Positions 21,635 to 35,452 of a stretch of DNA of 64,000 nt are shown here, one piece after another (the first letter of the stretch is position 1; each line of letters begins with the position of its first letter). Source of the stretch: Macrostomum lignano (lineage: Eukaryota); assembly GCA_002269645.1 (NCBI GenBank), contig NIVC01001006.1:62001-126000 (forward strand), written 5' to 3'. The translations under genes and the position numbers were made by a program. The notes beneath the pieces were generated by a model that saw only the letters and a list, made by a program, of their open reading frames with translations, was not told where the DNA came from and ran no database searches.

Positions 21635-24600
21635 GTAAATTTTATGTTTGACATGGTGGCTGTTTTATGTTCTACATGGCAACTGTTTTATGTTTGAAAC
21701 GATGGCTTTTTAATGTCAGACATGGTGGCTCTTTTATGTTTTACATGGCGGCTCTTTTATGTTTGACATGGGGCCTCTTTATTGTTTGACATGGTGGCTC
21801 TTTTATGTTTGAAACAGTGGCTCTTTTATGTTTGACACAGTGGCTCTTTAATGTTCGACAAAGTGGCTATTTAATGTTTGACAAGGTGGCTTTTGAATGT
21901 TTGACATGGTGGCTCCTTAATGTTCGAAATGGTGGCTCTTGATTGTTTGACATAAAGACACATATATAATTGACATGGTGGCTCTTAAATGTTTGACATG
22001 GTGGCTCTTTAATGTTCGAGAAAGTGGCTCTTCAATGTTTTTCATGGTATAGCTCTTTTATGTTCGACATGGTGGCTCTTTTAGGTTTGACATGGTGGCT
22101 CTTTTAGGTTTGACATGGTGGCTCTTAAATGTTTGACATGGTGGCTCTTAAATGTTTGACATGGTAGCTCTTTAATATTCTACATTGTGGCTCTTAAGTG
22201 TTCGAAATGGTGGATCTTTTAGGTTTGACATGATGGCTGTTTAATGTTCAACATAGTGGCTCTTTAATATTCTACATGGTGGCTCTTAAATGTTTAACAT
22301 GGTGGCTCTTAAATGTTTGACATGGTGGCTCTTTAATGTTCGAAATGGTGGCTCTTTTATGTTCTACATGGCAACTGTTTTATGTTTGAAACGATGGCTT
22401 TTTAATGTCAGACATGGTGGCTCTTTTATGTTTTACATGGTGGCTCTTTTATGTTTGACATGGGGCCTCTCTATTGTTTGACATGGTGGCTCTTTAATGT
22501 TTAACCTGGTGGCTCTTTTATGTTTGAAACAGTGGCTCTTTTATGTTTGACACAGTGGCTCTTTTATGTTCGACAAAGTGGCTATTTAATGTTTGACAAG
22601 GTGGCTTTGAAATGTTTGACATGGTGGCTCCTTAATGTTCGAAATGGTGGCTCTTTAATGTTTGACATAAAGACACATATATAATTGACATGGTGGCTCT
22701 TAAATGTTTGACATGGTGGCTCTTTAATGTTCGAGAAAGTGGCTCTTCAATGTTTTTCATGGTATAGCTCTTTTATGTTCGACATGGTGGCTCTTTTAGG
22801 TTTGACATTGTGGCTCTTAAATGTTTGACATGGTGGCTCTTAAATGTTTGACATGGTGACTCTTTAATGTTTCAAATGGTGGCTCTTTAATGTTTTACAT
22901 GGTGGCTCTTAAATGTTTGACATGATGGCTGTTAAATGTTTGACATGGTAGCTCTTTAATATTCTACATTGTGGCTCTTAAGTGTTCGAAATGGTGGATC
23001 TTTTAGGTTTGACATGATGGCTGTTTAATGTTCAACATAGTGGCTCTTTAATATTCTACATGGTGGCTCTTTTATCGTTTTATGTTTAACATGGTGGCTC
23101 TTAAATGTTTGACATGGTGGCTCTTTAATGTTCGAAATGGTGGCTCTTTTATGTTCTACATGGCAACTGTTTTATGTTTGAAACGATGGCTTTTTAATGT
23201 CAGACATGGTGGCTCTTTTATGTTTTACATGGTGGCTCTTTTATGTTTGACATGGGGCCTCTCTATTGTTTGACATGGTGGCTCTTTAATGTTCAACATA
23301 GTGGCTCTTTTATGTTTGAAACAGTGGCTCTTTTATGTTTGACACAGTGGCTCTTTAATGTTTGACAAGGTGGCTTTTAAATGTTTGACATGGTGGCTCC
23401 TTAATGTTTGAAATGGTGGCTCTTTAATGTTTGACATGGTGGCTCTTTAATGTTTGACATGGTAGCTCTGTTATGTTTGACATGGGGCCTCTCTATTGTT
23501 TGACATGATGGCTGTTTAATGTTCAACATAGTGGCTCTTAAATGTTTGACATGGTGGCTCTTTAATGTTCGAAATGGTGGCTCTTTTGTTTGACATGGTG
23601 GCTGTTTTATGTTCTACATGGCAACTATTTTATGTTTGAAACGATGGCTTTTTAATGTCAGACATGGTGGCTCTTTTATGTTTTACATGGTGGCTCTTTT
23701 ATGTTTGACATGGGGCCTCTTTATTGTTTGACATGTTGGCTCTTTAATGTTTAACCTGGTGGCTCTTTTATGTTTGAAACAGTGGCTCTTTTATGTTTGA
23801 CACAGTGGCTCTTTTATGTTCGACAAAGTGGCTATTTAATGTTTGACAAGGTGGCTTTTAAATGTTTGACATGGTGGCTCCTTAATGTTCGAAATGGTGG
23901 CTCTTTAATGTTCGAAATAGTGGCTCTTTTATTTTCGACATGGTGGCTCTTTTAGGTTTGACATGGTGGCTCTTTTATGCTTGATATGGTGGCTCTTTAA
24001 TGTTTAGCATGGTGACTTTTAATGTTTGACATGGTGGCTCTTTAATGTTCGACATGGTGGCTCTTTAATATTCGACATGGTGGCTCTTTAATGTTCGACA
24101 TGGTGGCTCTTTTAGGTTTAACATGGTTGCTCTTTTTTGTTCGACATTGTGGCTCTTTAATGTTTGACATGGTAGCTCTGTTATGTCCGAAATGGTGGTT
24201 CTTTAATGTACGACATAATAGCTCTTTAATGTTTGACAATGTGTCTTTTGAATGTTTGACATGGTGGCTCTTTAATGTTTGACATGGTAGCTCTGTTATG
24301 TTCGACATGGTGGCTCTTCTAGGTTTGACAGGAAGGCTCTTAAATGTTTAACATGGTTGCTCTTTAATGTTTCACATGGTGGCTCTTTAATGTTTTACAT
24401 GGCAGCTCTTTTATGTTCGACATGGTGGCTCTTTTATGTTTGACATGTTGGCTCTTTTATGTTTGACATGGTGGCTCTTTAATGTTCGAAAAAGTGGCTC
24501 CTAAATGTTTGACATAGTGGCTCTTTGATGTTCGAAATAGTGGCTCTTTGATGGTCGACATGGTGGCTCTTTAATGTTCGAAATGGTGGCTCTTTTATGT

Positions 24601-25430
24601 TCGAAATAGTGGCTCTTTTATTTTCGACATGGTGGCTCTTTAATGTTCGACATGGTGGCTCTTTAATGTTCGACATGGTGGCTCTTTTAGGTTTAACATG
24701 GTTGCTCTTTTTTGTTCGACATTGTGGCTCTTTAATGTTTGACATGGTAGCTCTGTTATGTCCGAAATGGTGGTTCTTTAATGTACGACATAATAGCTCT
24801 TTAATGTTTGACAATGTGTCTTTTGAATGTTTGACATGGTGGCTCTTTAATGTTTGACATGGTAGCTCTGTTATGTTCGACATGGTGGCTCTTCTAGGTT
24901 TGACAGGAAGGCTCTTAAATGTTTAACATGGTTGCTCTTTAATGTTTCACATGGTGGCTCTTTAATGTTTTACATGGCAGCTCTTTTATGTTCGACATGG
25001 TGGCTCTTTTATGTTTGACATGTTGGCTCTTTTATGTTTGACATGGTGGCTCTTTAATGTTCGAAAAAGTGGCTCCTAAATGTTTGACATAGTGGCTCTT
25101 TGATGTTCGAAATAGTGGCTCTTTGATGGTCGACATGGTGGCTCTTTAATGTTCGAAATGGTGGCTCTTTTATGTTCGAAATAGTGGCTCTTTTATTTTC
25201 GACATGGTGGCTCTTTAATGTTCGAAATGGTGGCTGTTTAATGTTCGAAATGGTGGCTCTTTTATGTTTGACATAAAGTCACTTATATGTTTTACATGGT
25301 GCCTCTTAAATATTAGACATGGTGGCTCGTTTAGGTTTGACATGGTGGCTCTTTAATATTCGATATGTTGGCTCTTTTATGTTCGACATGGTGGCTCTTC
25401 TATGTTTGACATTGCGCTTCTTTTATGTTT
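21635..25430. repeat. ~21-bp satellite (GACATGGTGGCTCTTTAATGTTT-like) with higher-order duplications
   Basis: Continuous array; variant blocks recur at offsets of 792 bp (22290/23082) and 575 bp (24282/24857). Confidence 0.97.
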
Positions 25431-25476
25431 AGAAGTTTTGTGTTTTTAAGGTGTTTTAATAAAAAAAATCTTTTTT

Positions 25477-25550
25477 GCACTACTAAGATTCGAACCCAGG
25501 TCGCTACATTAGCATTCCAGTCTGTTCGCATCTGGGCTATCTTTTTCAAT
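25477..25550 (-). pseudogene. tRNA-like / tRNA-derived SINE remnant
   Basis: A-box-like TAGCCCAGATG, T-arm CTGGG-TTCGAAT-CTTAG (B box), then an A-run; the cloverleaf is incomplete. Confidence 0.4.
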
Positions 25551-28500
25551 TGGAGAACACGAATTGTGGCCCTTATAATTCAATTCTTACAGCAAGTCAA
25601 TTGGAGTAAAAAGTTATGACATAATCAATTTCTCAGTCAGCCAGAATCAGTCTCAATTTAAGTTGGCAATATGGTTACGCAATTTAAATCAAGTCGTGTG
25701 TGCATTTCTTTGACACTGTTTTCAACTTGTTGTGATGCAATCTTTATCACAATCGGAATTCAGCCAGTCAGTTTTTTCTCTAGCATTCTTACAATGCATT
25801 TCAAGTCGAAAATTTTGCTTGACCTTTGCAAAAAAGCATGTTTTTCGAATATTTAATCCCTTTAACATTGAGCAATTTCTTAGCCAAGATGCATGTACCG
25901 TCCCAGGAAAATTTCTGATCGAATGGTGCAAGTTTGAAGAAAATCGGTTGAGCCGTTCGGGAGAAAATCAATTACAAGCAAGCAACCAAGCATTTCATTT
26001 TTAGTATATTACGAGGCCAACTCCTCCTCTGGAGGAGAAAGGGGAAGAATTCCCATCACCGGTACTCCATTCCCTGAAATGCCATTCCCTGAATCCCATC
26101 ATCCAACTTCTCTCCGCGAAACTGAACATCATCGAAATCTTCTCCGTAAAAGAGAACTCCATCAAACACCTCTCCGTGAAACTGACATTCATCAAAATCC
26201 CCTCCGAGAAATAGAAATCCTCTCCGTGAAACTGGACTCCATGGAAATCCTCTCCGTGAAACTGACATTCATCAAAATCCCCTCCGAGAAACAGAAATCC
26301 TCTCCGTGAAACTGGACTCCATGGAAATCCTCTCCGTGAAACTGACATTCATCAAAATCCCCTCCGAGAAACAGAAATCCTCTCCGTGAAACTGGACTCC
26401 ATGGAAATCCTCTCCGTGAAACTGACATCCATCAAAATCGTCTCCGCGAAACAGAAATTCTCTCCATTAAACTGGACTGAATCGAAATTTTCTCCGTAAA
26501 AAAGAATCAACTCTCAGGATTTAGTCGTTAGGGTTAGGGTTAGGGTTAGGGTTAGAGCTACAACGCAGCAGCGTGTTGAACCAATTGAATTAATTGAATG
26601 CGCAACCGATTTCACAGTCAGTCAGTATCAGTCTCGGTAAAAGTTAACAAAAAGATTGCGCAAACTAAATCAACCCTCCAATACACAGCGACTGACCCCC
26701 TTCCAATACGCAGTGGCAATTAAAAGTTGAACCCCCCCTCCCACCAACTTTTGGGGGGTTGGTCGAACCCCCATTGAACTCCAAAATGAGTACACTGCCG
26801 AAAGTTAAAAGTATGGAAATCGTTTTTTAAATGCTGTGCTTTTTGTTTTCACATTTAAAGCAAACAACTTATATCCCCGAACTCAGTATTGCAAGATCTT
26901 TCCAGTAATATAAGTCTCTCTTCTGAAAGTTTAAAACTCGAGGAACAGTTAGCGCTTGAAATTTCCTGATTTAAAGCATTAAAGTATCGAGTGTACGTTC
27001 ACAGCCTGCTAAAGAGGCTCGCAAGTTTATTCATTAAATTTTACTGCCCAGCAAATACACATGGCTGCCTATTGAATGCCGCCGATAATAAAACCAATTA
27101 AATCTCGACACAGTCCTAGCTATCTCCTTACACTGTACAACTGCTATGTACACTCAGCCCAAGCCCAACCCCCTCCCATTCCGGGGAATCGTTAAATTTA
27201 ATTGAACCCCCCAACACGCGGGGGGGTTATTTGCATTGAACGCGGAACACGCGCACCCACCACCCCTCAATACACAGCGGCCCGCGGGCGGAGGTTGGGG
27301 TGGCTATTTTTACAAACTGGCTGCAGCCCCAGGCAGAGTGGCCAAAGAAGGTTATTGAGGGTTAAAAAAACAGTTTTCTGCTTTTCTAGGGATCTTAAAA
27401 TGTAAAAATGAAAGATTAAAATTGCTATAAACCCAATCCGGAAAATTTGCAGTTTTCCCATATAAGTTTCAACGCTGACTTGCCAGTAGTCTAGGAGAAA
27501 AATTGCAACACACAAACAAACAACGCACCACTTTTAGTATTAAGACGAGGCCAACTCCTCCGCTGGAGGAGAAAGGGGAAGAACTCCTATCACCGGAATT
27601 CCATTAAGTGATCTCCATCAGCTGAATCCCATAACCCAACTCAGTTTCAGTAAAAGTCACACGAAGCAGCTTTGACATTGACATAACTATTTCTCAGGCA
27701 GTCAGTATCAGTCTCAATTAAGTGAACATTATAGTTGCGCAATCTATGTAAATCAACCCTCCAATACACAGCGACCCACCCCCTCCAATGCACCGCGGCA
27801 TTTGACCCCCCCCACCTCTTGAATTTCACTGCGCAGCTAATACACAGGGCTGCCTTTTGAAAGGCACCGATAATAAAGCTGTAAAATTCAAGTGCTCACT
27901 GTCAACTGAAATTGATGCAAATCAAACTTTAGGAATATGAGTCAGCGTTAGGGTGCGATTGCAGCTTAAATGTTCTGCTATGGCATTCTCTATTAAGAGC
28001 TTAGAGTTCACAGTCAGTCTAAAATTGTGATAATCTAAAGTCTGTGATAGACCGCCACTTTGCGCAAATCATTAATTGAATGAATCACTCTGTAACAGCT
28101 GGTTGGCTACTCATTCTCTGCCAATTCATTGTAAGGCAGTTAAATGTGCGAAAAACTGATTGGCTGCCCGTCAGCTATAGCAGTCATGCAGGACTGTACA
28201 TCTTAGTGAGAATGGTGGAAAAAGTACCAAAACTACTTTGTATAGCTGCACTGAATTACAACTTCTTGACTTCTTCAAGTACTTATGTTGCTGCGTTCCT
28301 TTCACAGCTAGCTGAATACCCCTACTCGAATTCCTTCACCTCTGTTGAATATAAAAACTAATTCAAAGACATTATTGGGGGGTACGCAGGAAACGATCAA
28401 ATAAATGGGATAGTCTCTTTGGCTAAGTACTTGTTAAGTTTAAATTCATGTGAATTTTATGCCTTTCCATTACTTATACATGTTACTAATAGCCTATGAT

Positions 28501-28984
28501 TGACAGCCTTGTTTGTATTCTGAATCCTGCGCACCCCGAGTACAGTATGGCATATATTTGTTTTAAGCAATGCATTACAATATAGGGATGCAAGCACAGG
28601 TGGAGAGAAATGGGAAGAGAAAAGGGCAAATAATTATCAAGGTTGTTTTCTAGAGTTGTTTTTTAGACTTGATTGAAAATCTAAATAAGTATTTAGGAGG
28701 CGATCTAAGAGCTACACTGGGAACCTACTTTATAGCATTTGAGCGCGATCATCTTTAACTTAAAAAATAGGATTTAAAATTGAGTGAAAATTATGCAGAA
28801 CGAAATAGAATGTTTAATATAAATAATTACGTATGGATACTTTGTACGTCGAAAATATTCTGAAAAATAAATACAGCAATTGGATCTAAATTGGTAGGAG
28901 CCCGAGCTTTCTTAGAAGCATCCCCTTATACTAAAATATTATATCTGTAATTCATTCAGCAGCTCTGTAAGTGGAACAGTTTTG

Positions 28985-29700
28985 CCAGTAGTTTATTATT
29001 CATGTTACAAAATTATCACTCATAATTCGTCACTCTTATAATTCATCACTCTCATGATTTTGATTTTTGACTTTCATAATTTGTCACTCTCATATTTTTC
29101 ACTCTTATAACTTGTCACACTCTCAATTCGGCACTCTCATAAGTATTATCGCTCTCAAATTTGTTACTCTCATTATTTGCAAAACTCTTAATTAGGCACT
29201 CTCATAATTTATCACTCACATAATTTTCAACTCTCAACTTTTCACTCATAATTTGTCACTCTCATAGTTTGTCACTCATAATTTATCAATCTTATAATTT
29301 TTCACTCTGATAATTTGTCACTCCCTCGTCATTTTTCACTCACTCACTCATAAAATTTGTAACTCCCTCATCCTTTTTCACTCAATCACTCTCATAATTT
29401 GGCACTCTCATAAGTATTATCGCTCTCGAATTCGTTACTCTCATAATTTGCCACACTTTGCCACAATTTGTCACTACCTCTCATCATTTTTCACTCACTT
29501 ACTCTCATAATTTGGAACTCTTATATGCATTATCGCTCTCAAATTTGTAACTCCCTTTCATACTTTGTCACTCACTCTCATAATTTGTCACTCGCTATCA
29601 TAATTTGTCACTCACTCTCATTATTTGGCACTCACTCTCATTATTTGTCACTCGCTATCATAATTTGCCACTCACTCTTATAATCTGTCACTCAAACCTA
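28985..29700. repeat. Degenerate AT-rich ~18-20-bp repeat (TCACTCTCATAATTTG-like) inside the autonomous Helitron
   Basis: Many diverged copies downstream of the RepHel stop. Confidence 0.8.
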
Positions 29701-29752
29701 TATATTTCTTTCATCCTGCCTATGATTCAGTTCAGTTCAGTTCAGATAATAG

Positions 29753-32700
29753 TTAGTTCTGCTTGCCGATAAGCTGGCGCAGCACGATGTTCCGCGTCCG
29801 TCCGCCTGGAGCCCGAACTTTGACGCCATCGGCACTCCGCGCACGACTCAGAGCCACGTAGAGCTGGCCATGCTGAAAGCAAGCCGTCGTCAGGTCGACG
29901 GCGTAGGTGCCCAGCGACTGGCCCTGGCTCTTGTGGATGGTCATGGCGAAGCACGGCCGGATCGGGAACTGCAGACGGCGGAAAACGAACGGAACCTCTG
30001 TCGGACTCGGCTCCTGCGGGATCCGCGGGATGAACACCTGCCGCGAACGGTAGACGCCAGTGGTTACCTCCGCTAGCAGGACGTTGTCACGCAGTTCACG
30101 CAGCAGCAGCCGAGTCCCGTTGCACAGCAGCGGTGGGTCGAGATTCCGCATCATGACGACCGGCATGCCGACCTTCAGCTCCAGTCGGTGATGCGACATA
30201 CCGCTGGGGTCCAGCCGGTTCAGCAGCTCCGGCGGAAAATTGGTCGCTGCCGTGTCGTCATTCGGAATCGAGTCGACAGATAAGTAGAGTCGGCTCTCAC
30301 CGGGGAAGAGCGCTAAGCAGGCGGCGTTGGCCTCGTCCACCGTCCTGTTGAGTGGCGCCAGGATGCTCCGCTCCGCGAACATCTGGTCACGCTGCGCACT
30401 CGGCTCAAAGGACGGGTAAACGTGCCGGATGAGCTGCTCAGTGGTTGTGTCCTCGGGCAGAAGGATCTCGCTAGGCAAGGAGACCATGCCCTCAACGTCC
30501 TCTGGCAGCTCCCCGTTGCCAACCTGACGGTGAAAAAGTGGAATGAAATTTTACAATTTTTTCCTTCAATTCGCATGCTTAATGAGAGCATAGAAACTCC
30601 AGAGATTCTCACCTGCATAAGAAAATCCGCGTAGCTTTGGAGAGCCGAGCCGCCCTCCAGCCGCAGATTCCTTGTGAGCTGGTGCTGCCGGAAGTGCGGC
30701 CACAGCACCGACCGATTCAGGCAGGCTTCGATCGTGTTGGCCTGCGTCCCTCCGGGCACAACAGCAAGCAACTGCCGAAAGTCGCCAGCCAGCACCAGCA
30801 GCGCTCCCCCGAACGGCTGCCCACCGTGCAGCAAATCCCGCAGAGTCCGCTCGACGATCTCGAGGTCTTTGCGGTGCGTCATCGGAGCCTCGTCCCACAC
30901 GATGAGGCGGGCGTTCCGCAGAATCTCCGCCAATTTGCTCCGCCTGCCGATGGAGCAGAAGGCGCTGTCCTGCCGTACAGCGCAGACGGGGATCTTGAAC
31001 CTGTAGGCAGGTATCGCGAGGATGGTCAATTGTGATGATAAATAAGGGATGACTTTCTGTGCTTAAAAACTAACAGTTTATAAAAATATTTATGCGGACA
31101 CAAAACTCACATCGAGTGGGCGGTCCGACCTCCGGGTAGAATAGTCGCCGCGATGCCCGATGACGCGACGGCAACAGCGATTTGACGTCTTGCTCGAACC
31201 GACTTCAGCAGAAGTGTGAGCAGGAACGTCTTGCCTGTGCCTCCAGGAGCGTCAATGAAATGCAGCCCGCCGCCACCGGCCGTCAGATTGGACTGCACGG
31301 CCTCGAAGACAGCTCGCTGCTCGTCAGTCAGGGTAGCGACCAGCGCATCCACTTCGGACTGCAGCTCAGCAGCTTCATGGGGCGTCGGCAGGCAGTCAGA
31401 AAGAAGCCGAGTCTGGATATTGAAAAGTGGCTGTCATCAGTTAGCAAATAAAGGTAAAAAAAATTAACAGTCAGTGCATAGAAGTGATTTTATTTACCTG
31501 ATCCGGCTCTGCCAGTGGTTGAGGAAGGCCGTAGGCAGACAGCTCGGATCCGCCCATCCGCTCCAGCCGCTTCTGCAGCGACCGCAGCACTTCGGCCATA
31601 GCAGCCTCGGCGCTCAAGCCCTGGTGCAGCAGGTCGCCAGCCATCTCGCGGGAAAACTCCTCCCAGAGCTTCACGGGGTCGCTTGGATCGCCGTGCGCCA
31701 AAATTGCGGCAAAAAGTCGGCGCAGAGCAGCAGGCATCCGCGTCTGGGCAGCTTCGGACAGACACAGCTGCCAGTGCCTGTCGTCTTCCAGCAGTCCGCG
31801 AGCCTGGCAGGCGGCCTTGAAGGTCGGCAGCAGGACTCCATCGACAGTGCGCAGAGCCTCGAACGAAGTCGGGCCGCGCACATTCACCAGCAGCAGGCGC
31901 AGGTAAAAACAGTCGCCCATCCGTGGACTGACTGTGTAGATGCGGCCGATGTTGCTGGTCGTCAGAACATCGGCTGGCTGATCAGCAGCGACTCGGCCGC
32001 GACCTGCGCGATGCCACTGGTGCGCACTTCTGTCCCAGGTGAAGTGCCGGGGCACCTCCTGGTACAGCAGCCCTCGGGCGATATCGTCATGGCGACAAAG
32101 CTGGGCGGGTAAGAATAAGAACAGGAATTAACAGGAAGGAGGAAAAAGTTGAAAAATTGCACTTTTTCTGCAAAACTCACATCGAAGAAGGCGGTCAAAG
32201 TCGTGGCCTTGGGCGTAGCAGCAACAGCCTGAGCCGTCTCGTCTGTGAAGAAGACCCGCTGCTCGTCCTTAAGATGAACCGCGAGCCTGATCACAGGGGG
32301 GTATCGGCTGTGAACCTCAAAGCCCAGGATGGTGTTGACCGCCTCCATTGGACCGATGAACCTGCCCAGTAGGTATTCGTCGATCTCATCGATCTTGTGT
32401 CGCTTTGCGGAAGTCGCAGCAGCAGCAGCAGCAGTCCCAGTCGACGTGGACGGACCGGCGATCGCCAGTGGTCCTTCAGTGGCCGAATCAGCGCTGGCAT
32501 TCGCAGCAGCCGCCGACTCCTTACGGATCTGGTATGCTGCCATGTCGCTACCCTTGGTGATGTACTTCACCACGTACTTGATGGCCCGAACTGTCGCGCA
32601 GATCTCGACATTCAGGTGACAGCGAAACTCGCGCAGCAGCGCTGGGCAGTACGGCACCACCCAGCGGTTGTCAAAGGTGAACATCACCCTCTGACCGCCA

Positions 32701-35452
32701 CGCAGCTTTGCGAGCTTCGTCACCGTGAAGCCGCCCATCTCGACGGATCTGCGGCAGTAATGCGGGTAGCCATCCTCCTCCACCTTCGTGGCGGCCAGGA
32801 ACTCCCTCGGGTAGCGCTTGCTGCACTTGCCTTTCTCCATGCACGCCGCGGCAGAGTTGAGCTGCTGCCCACAGGGACCGTGCAGCATGTTCTCCGCCAC
32901 CAGCTGATGCAGGTCGGCGTCGGCGACAGGGTCCGGGATCTCCGCGCTGATGACGGCGTCGTACTGATCCGGCTTCAGCTTGTTCGCCAGCCACAGCAGC
33001 GCGTGCACGTGGGGAAGACCTGGTTGTGGATAAAATTTATTGATAATTGATCATCAATAATTTTATTGAAATTTACGAAGTTATGGAGCCAACAGTTAAT
33101 GCTACAGTTTAAAGCTTAAAAGTACACTTGCCTCGCTTCTGGTACTCCAGCGAGCAGACTCGAGCCAGAGTATCTCCAAACAGACTCTTAAGCCTGTTTA
33201 AGAAGGCCTTCTTCTTCAGCTCGAACACCCGGGCGGTGATGTCCGGCCGATCGACGGCAGTCTGCCCTGGAAGCAGCTCGGCCAGAATTTCCGGCCACTT
33301 CGGGTTGCATGTCATCGTCAGAAACAGGTCTGGGCGGCCAAAGGCGTGAACATACGCCATGGCATCCTGCTGACGCTCCAGACGGTACCGTGGACCTCCC
33401 ACGTAGCTGGAAGTAAGAATGACACGCTTCCCGACTTCTTCCGGCCTGCCGTCGTCCTCGTGCAGCGCATCGCGGAGACCCCGAAGACTTTCGGACACCA
33501 GATCCGTTTGGTGCTGCCGGATGTACGTAAGTCGCTCGGACTCGATCTTGGCAGCCTGGTCCACCAGGAACTGCTGGAAGAGCCGGCGACCGTACAGCAG
33601 GCTGTTGAACTGGCCTGGTCGCACCTGGATCAAGTAGGCGTAGTATTTCATCATGGTGATGCCTCGATCCTTCTTGAGCCCAATGTGCCAGCCGTCCTCG
33701 CCGTACGGAAGCAGCAGCACGTACTCCAACGGATCGTAGGAGCGATGGGTCTCAGAGATCTCCTGGAGGCCTGTGGATGCAGTTGGGTAATTTAATTCTA
33801 AACTACAGTTCAAAAGCAACCAAAATGTACACCTGAATAACCCAAAACGTTTATTTTATTATCTAACTTTACAATGCAACCCAAATTTTAAGTCTTTTAA
33901 GACGCTTAAAGTACTTACCACCACCTCTCAGACGCAAAACCACGCTCCGCCATTGCGCCTGAACTACGCCATCAGCATCGCCAAGGTCCGTCAGGATGCC
34001 GACCTCACTGCACTCGGGCAAGTTGAAGCGTCGGACATGCTCCCCAGATGGGCGGGCATCGGGGTTGATGACGACCCTGGCGCTCTGCAGCTGCGGGTCG
34101 CTGCGCAGCAAGTCGACTGCGGACTTCAGGCTGCGCACGTAGCTGTTGCAATCATGCAGAACAGCTTGCAGCTCCTGCAGCAAAGTGTCGTTGAGACCTG
34201 CTGTCCATTGCAGTCTGTTCTGCAGCTCTTGGTCCACAAAGAAGACCTGGCAGAACCTGGCCGCATCCCCTGGGTCCGGCAACAGGCTGCCGATCCGATG
34301 GTGCATCTGACCATGGAGGATGAAGCTGGGGTTCCACCCGGGCTGTTCACGCTGCCTGGAACCAAGCGAGGTCATATGGAGCGCGCCGTTATACTTCCTG
34401 ATGTCCTTCAGGAACTGCGAGCTGAACGGATGCTCGCCAGTCAGCAGCCGCTTCAGAACATCAGGCGGGTCTCGGCGCTGCTCCAGGACGGTCTGTCAGT
34501 GTTAGAAAAAAAACTGAAGTAGCTTTTATGCGGAGACGGGCTGCAGCAAATCATGCAATTGTCGATGACTCCATAGGTGGTCAGAGGCTTGATACAGTAC
34601 AGGAGGCATAAATGAGGCAGCAATTCAAGTAAACTAAAACAATAAATATCAACTCACCTTTCCAGCATGGCAGCAAATGCTAGCTGGCTCGTCCGTCCAG
34701 CGTAGCGCGCTGCAGTGAGGGCATTGGCGGTCCATGCGACCGAGAACATGTGGCTGGTGTGCCAGCTCCAGCAGCCTGTGGTAATGAAATAGAGTATTTT
34801 AATCAGGAATTCTTGAAAATCCAGATCCACATGCAGAAAATTTAATAGTCTCAGATTATGAGCTACCACACATAAGAATAGCAGAATAAAATTTTATATA
34901 GGAACCCTACCTGTCTCGGCGCCACTCTGCCTGTGCGTGTACACGGCGGTCGTGGTCCTCAGCGGACTCAGCCGCGCGATACTGGACCTGGCGCTGCCGC
35001 TGCGCCTCCAGGCGATGCAGATGGACTGCCTCCTCCTCGGCTTCACGGCTTTCGACAGCACGCAGCCGGTCGTGGTCGAGCCGATTCTGGCGTTCCACCT
35101 CGCCTTCAGCATCCCGGCTTTCAGCTAAGCGGAGTCGATTGCACTCAAGGCGATGCTGGCGCTGCACTTCGCCTTCGGCCTCACGGCTTCCGGCTGTGCG
35201 CAGTCGATTGCACTCAAGGCGATGCTGGCGCTGCACTTCGCCTTCGGCCTCACGGCTTCCGGCTGTGCGCATTCGATTGGACTCGAGGCGATTCTGGCGC
35301 TCCACTTCGCCCTCGGCTCTCTCGGCCCTATGCTGCCGCTCCCGCTCAACGCGCGCTGCACGCTCATCGGGTGTCTCCGACGCCCTGCGCTTCTTGGCAT
35401 CCGATGCAGCGCGTGTAGAGCGGGAAAGGCTTCCTCGACCACGTTTTGGCAT
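29753..35452 (-). CDS. Helitron RepHel (HUH endonuclease plus PIF1-like helicase), 9 exons: 35452-34911, 34775-34658, 34492-33919, 33770-33132, 33019-32181, 32100-31498, 31412-31111, 31000-30613, 30523-29753; about 1591 aa
   Basis: Zinc finger CPHC...CC; Rep motifs LFLTMTCNPKW, EYQKRG-LPHVH and YVVKYITKG; Walker A GGTGKT; DEAPM; GDFRQL; FAMTIHKSQGQS; LYVALSR. All exon phases are consistent. Confidence 0.93.

Noticed and set aside
20090-25430. Repeat arrays that superficially resemble CRISPR, and their ORFs
   Set aside because: Contiguous degenerate monomers with no unique spacers and no cas genes, in a eukaryotic context.
26527-26556. TTAGGG tracts as a real chromosome end
   Set aside because: They are short, internal and embedded at a fixed position in the Helitron units.
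28080-28361. 93-aa ORF inside the Helitron as a captured gene
   Set aside because: No recognisable motif or splice support, and AT-rich composition unlike host exons.
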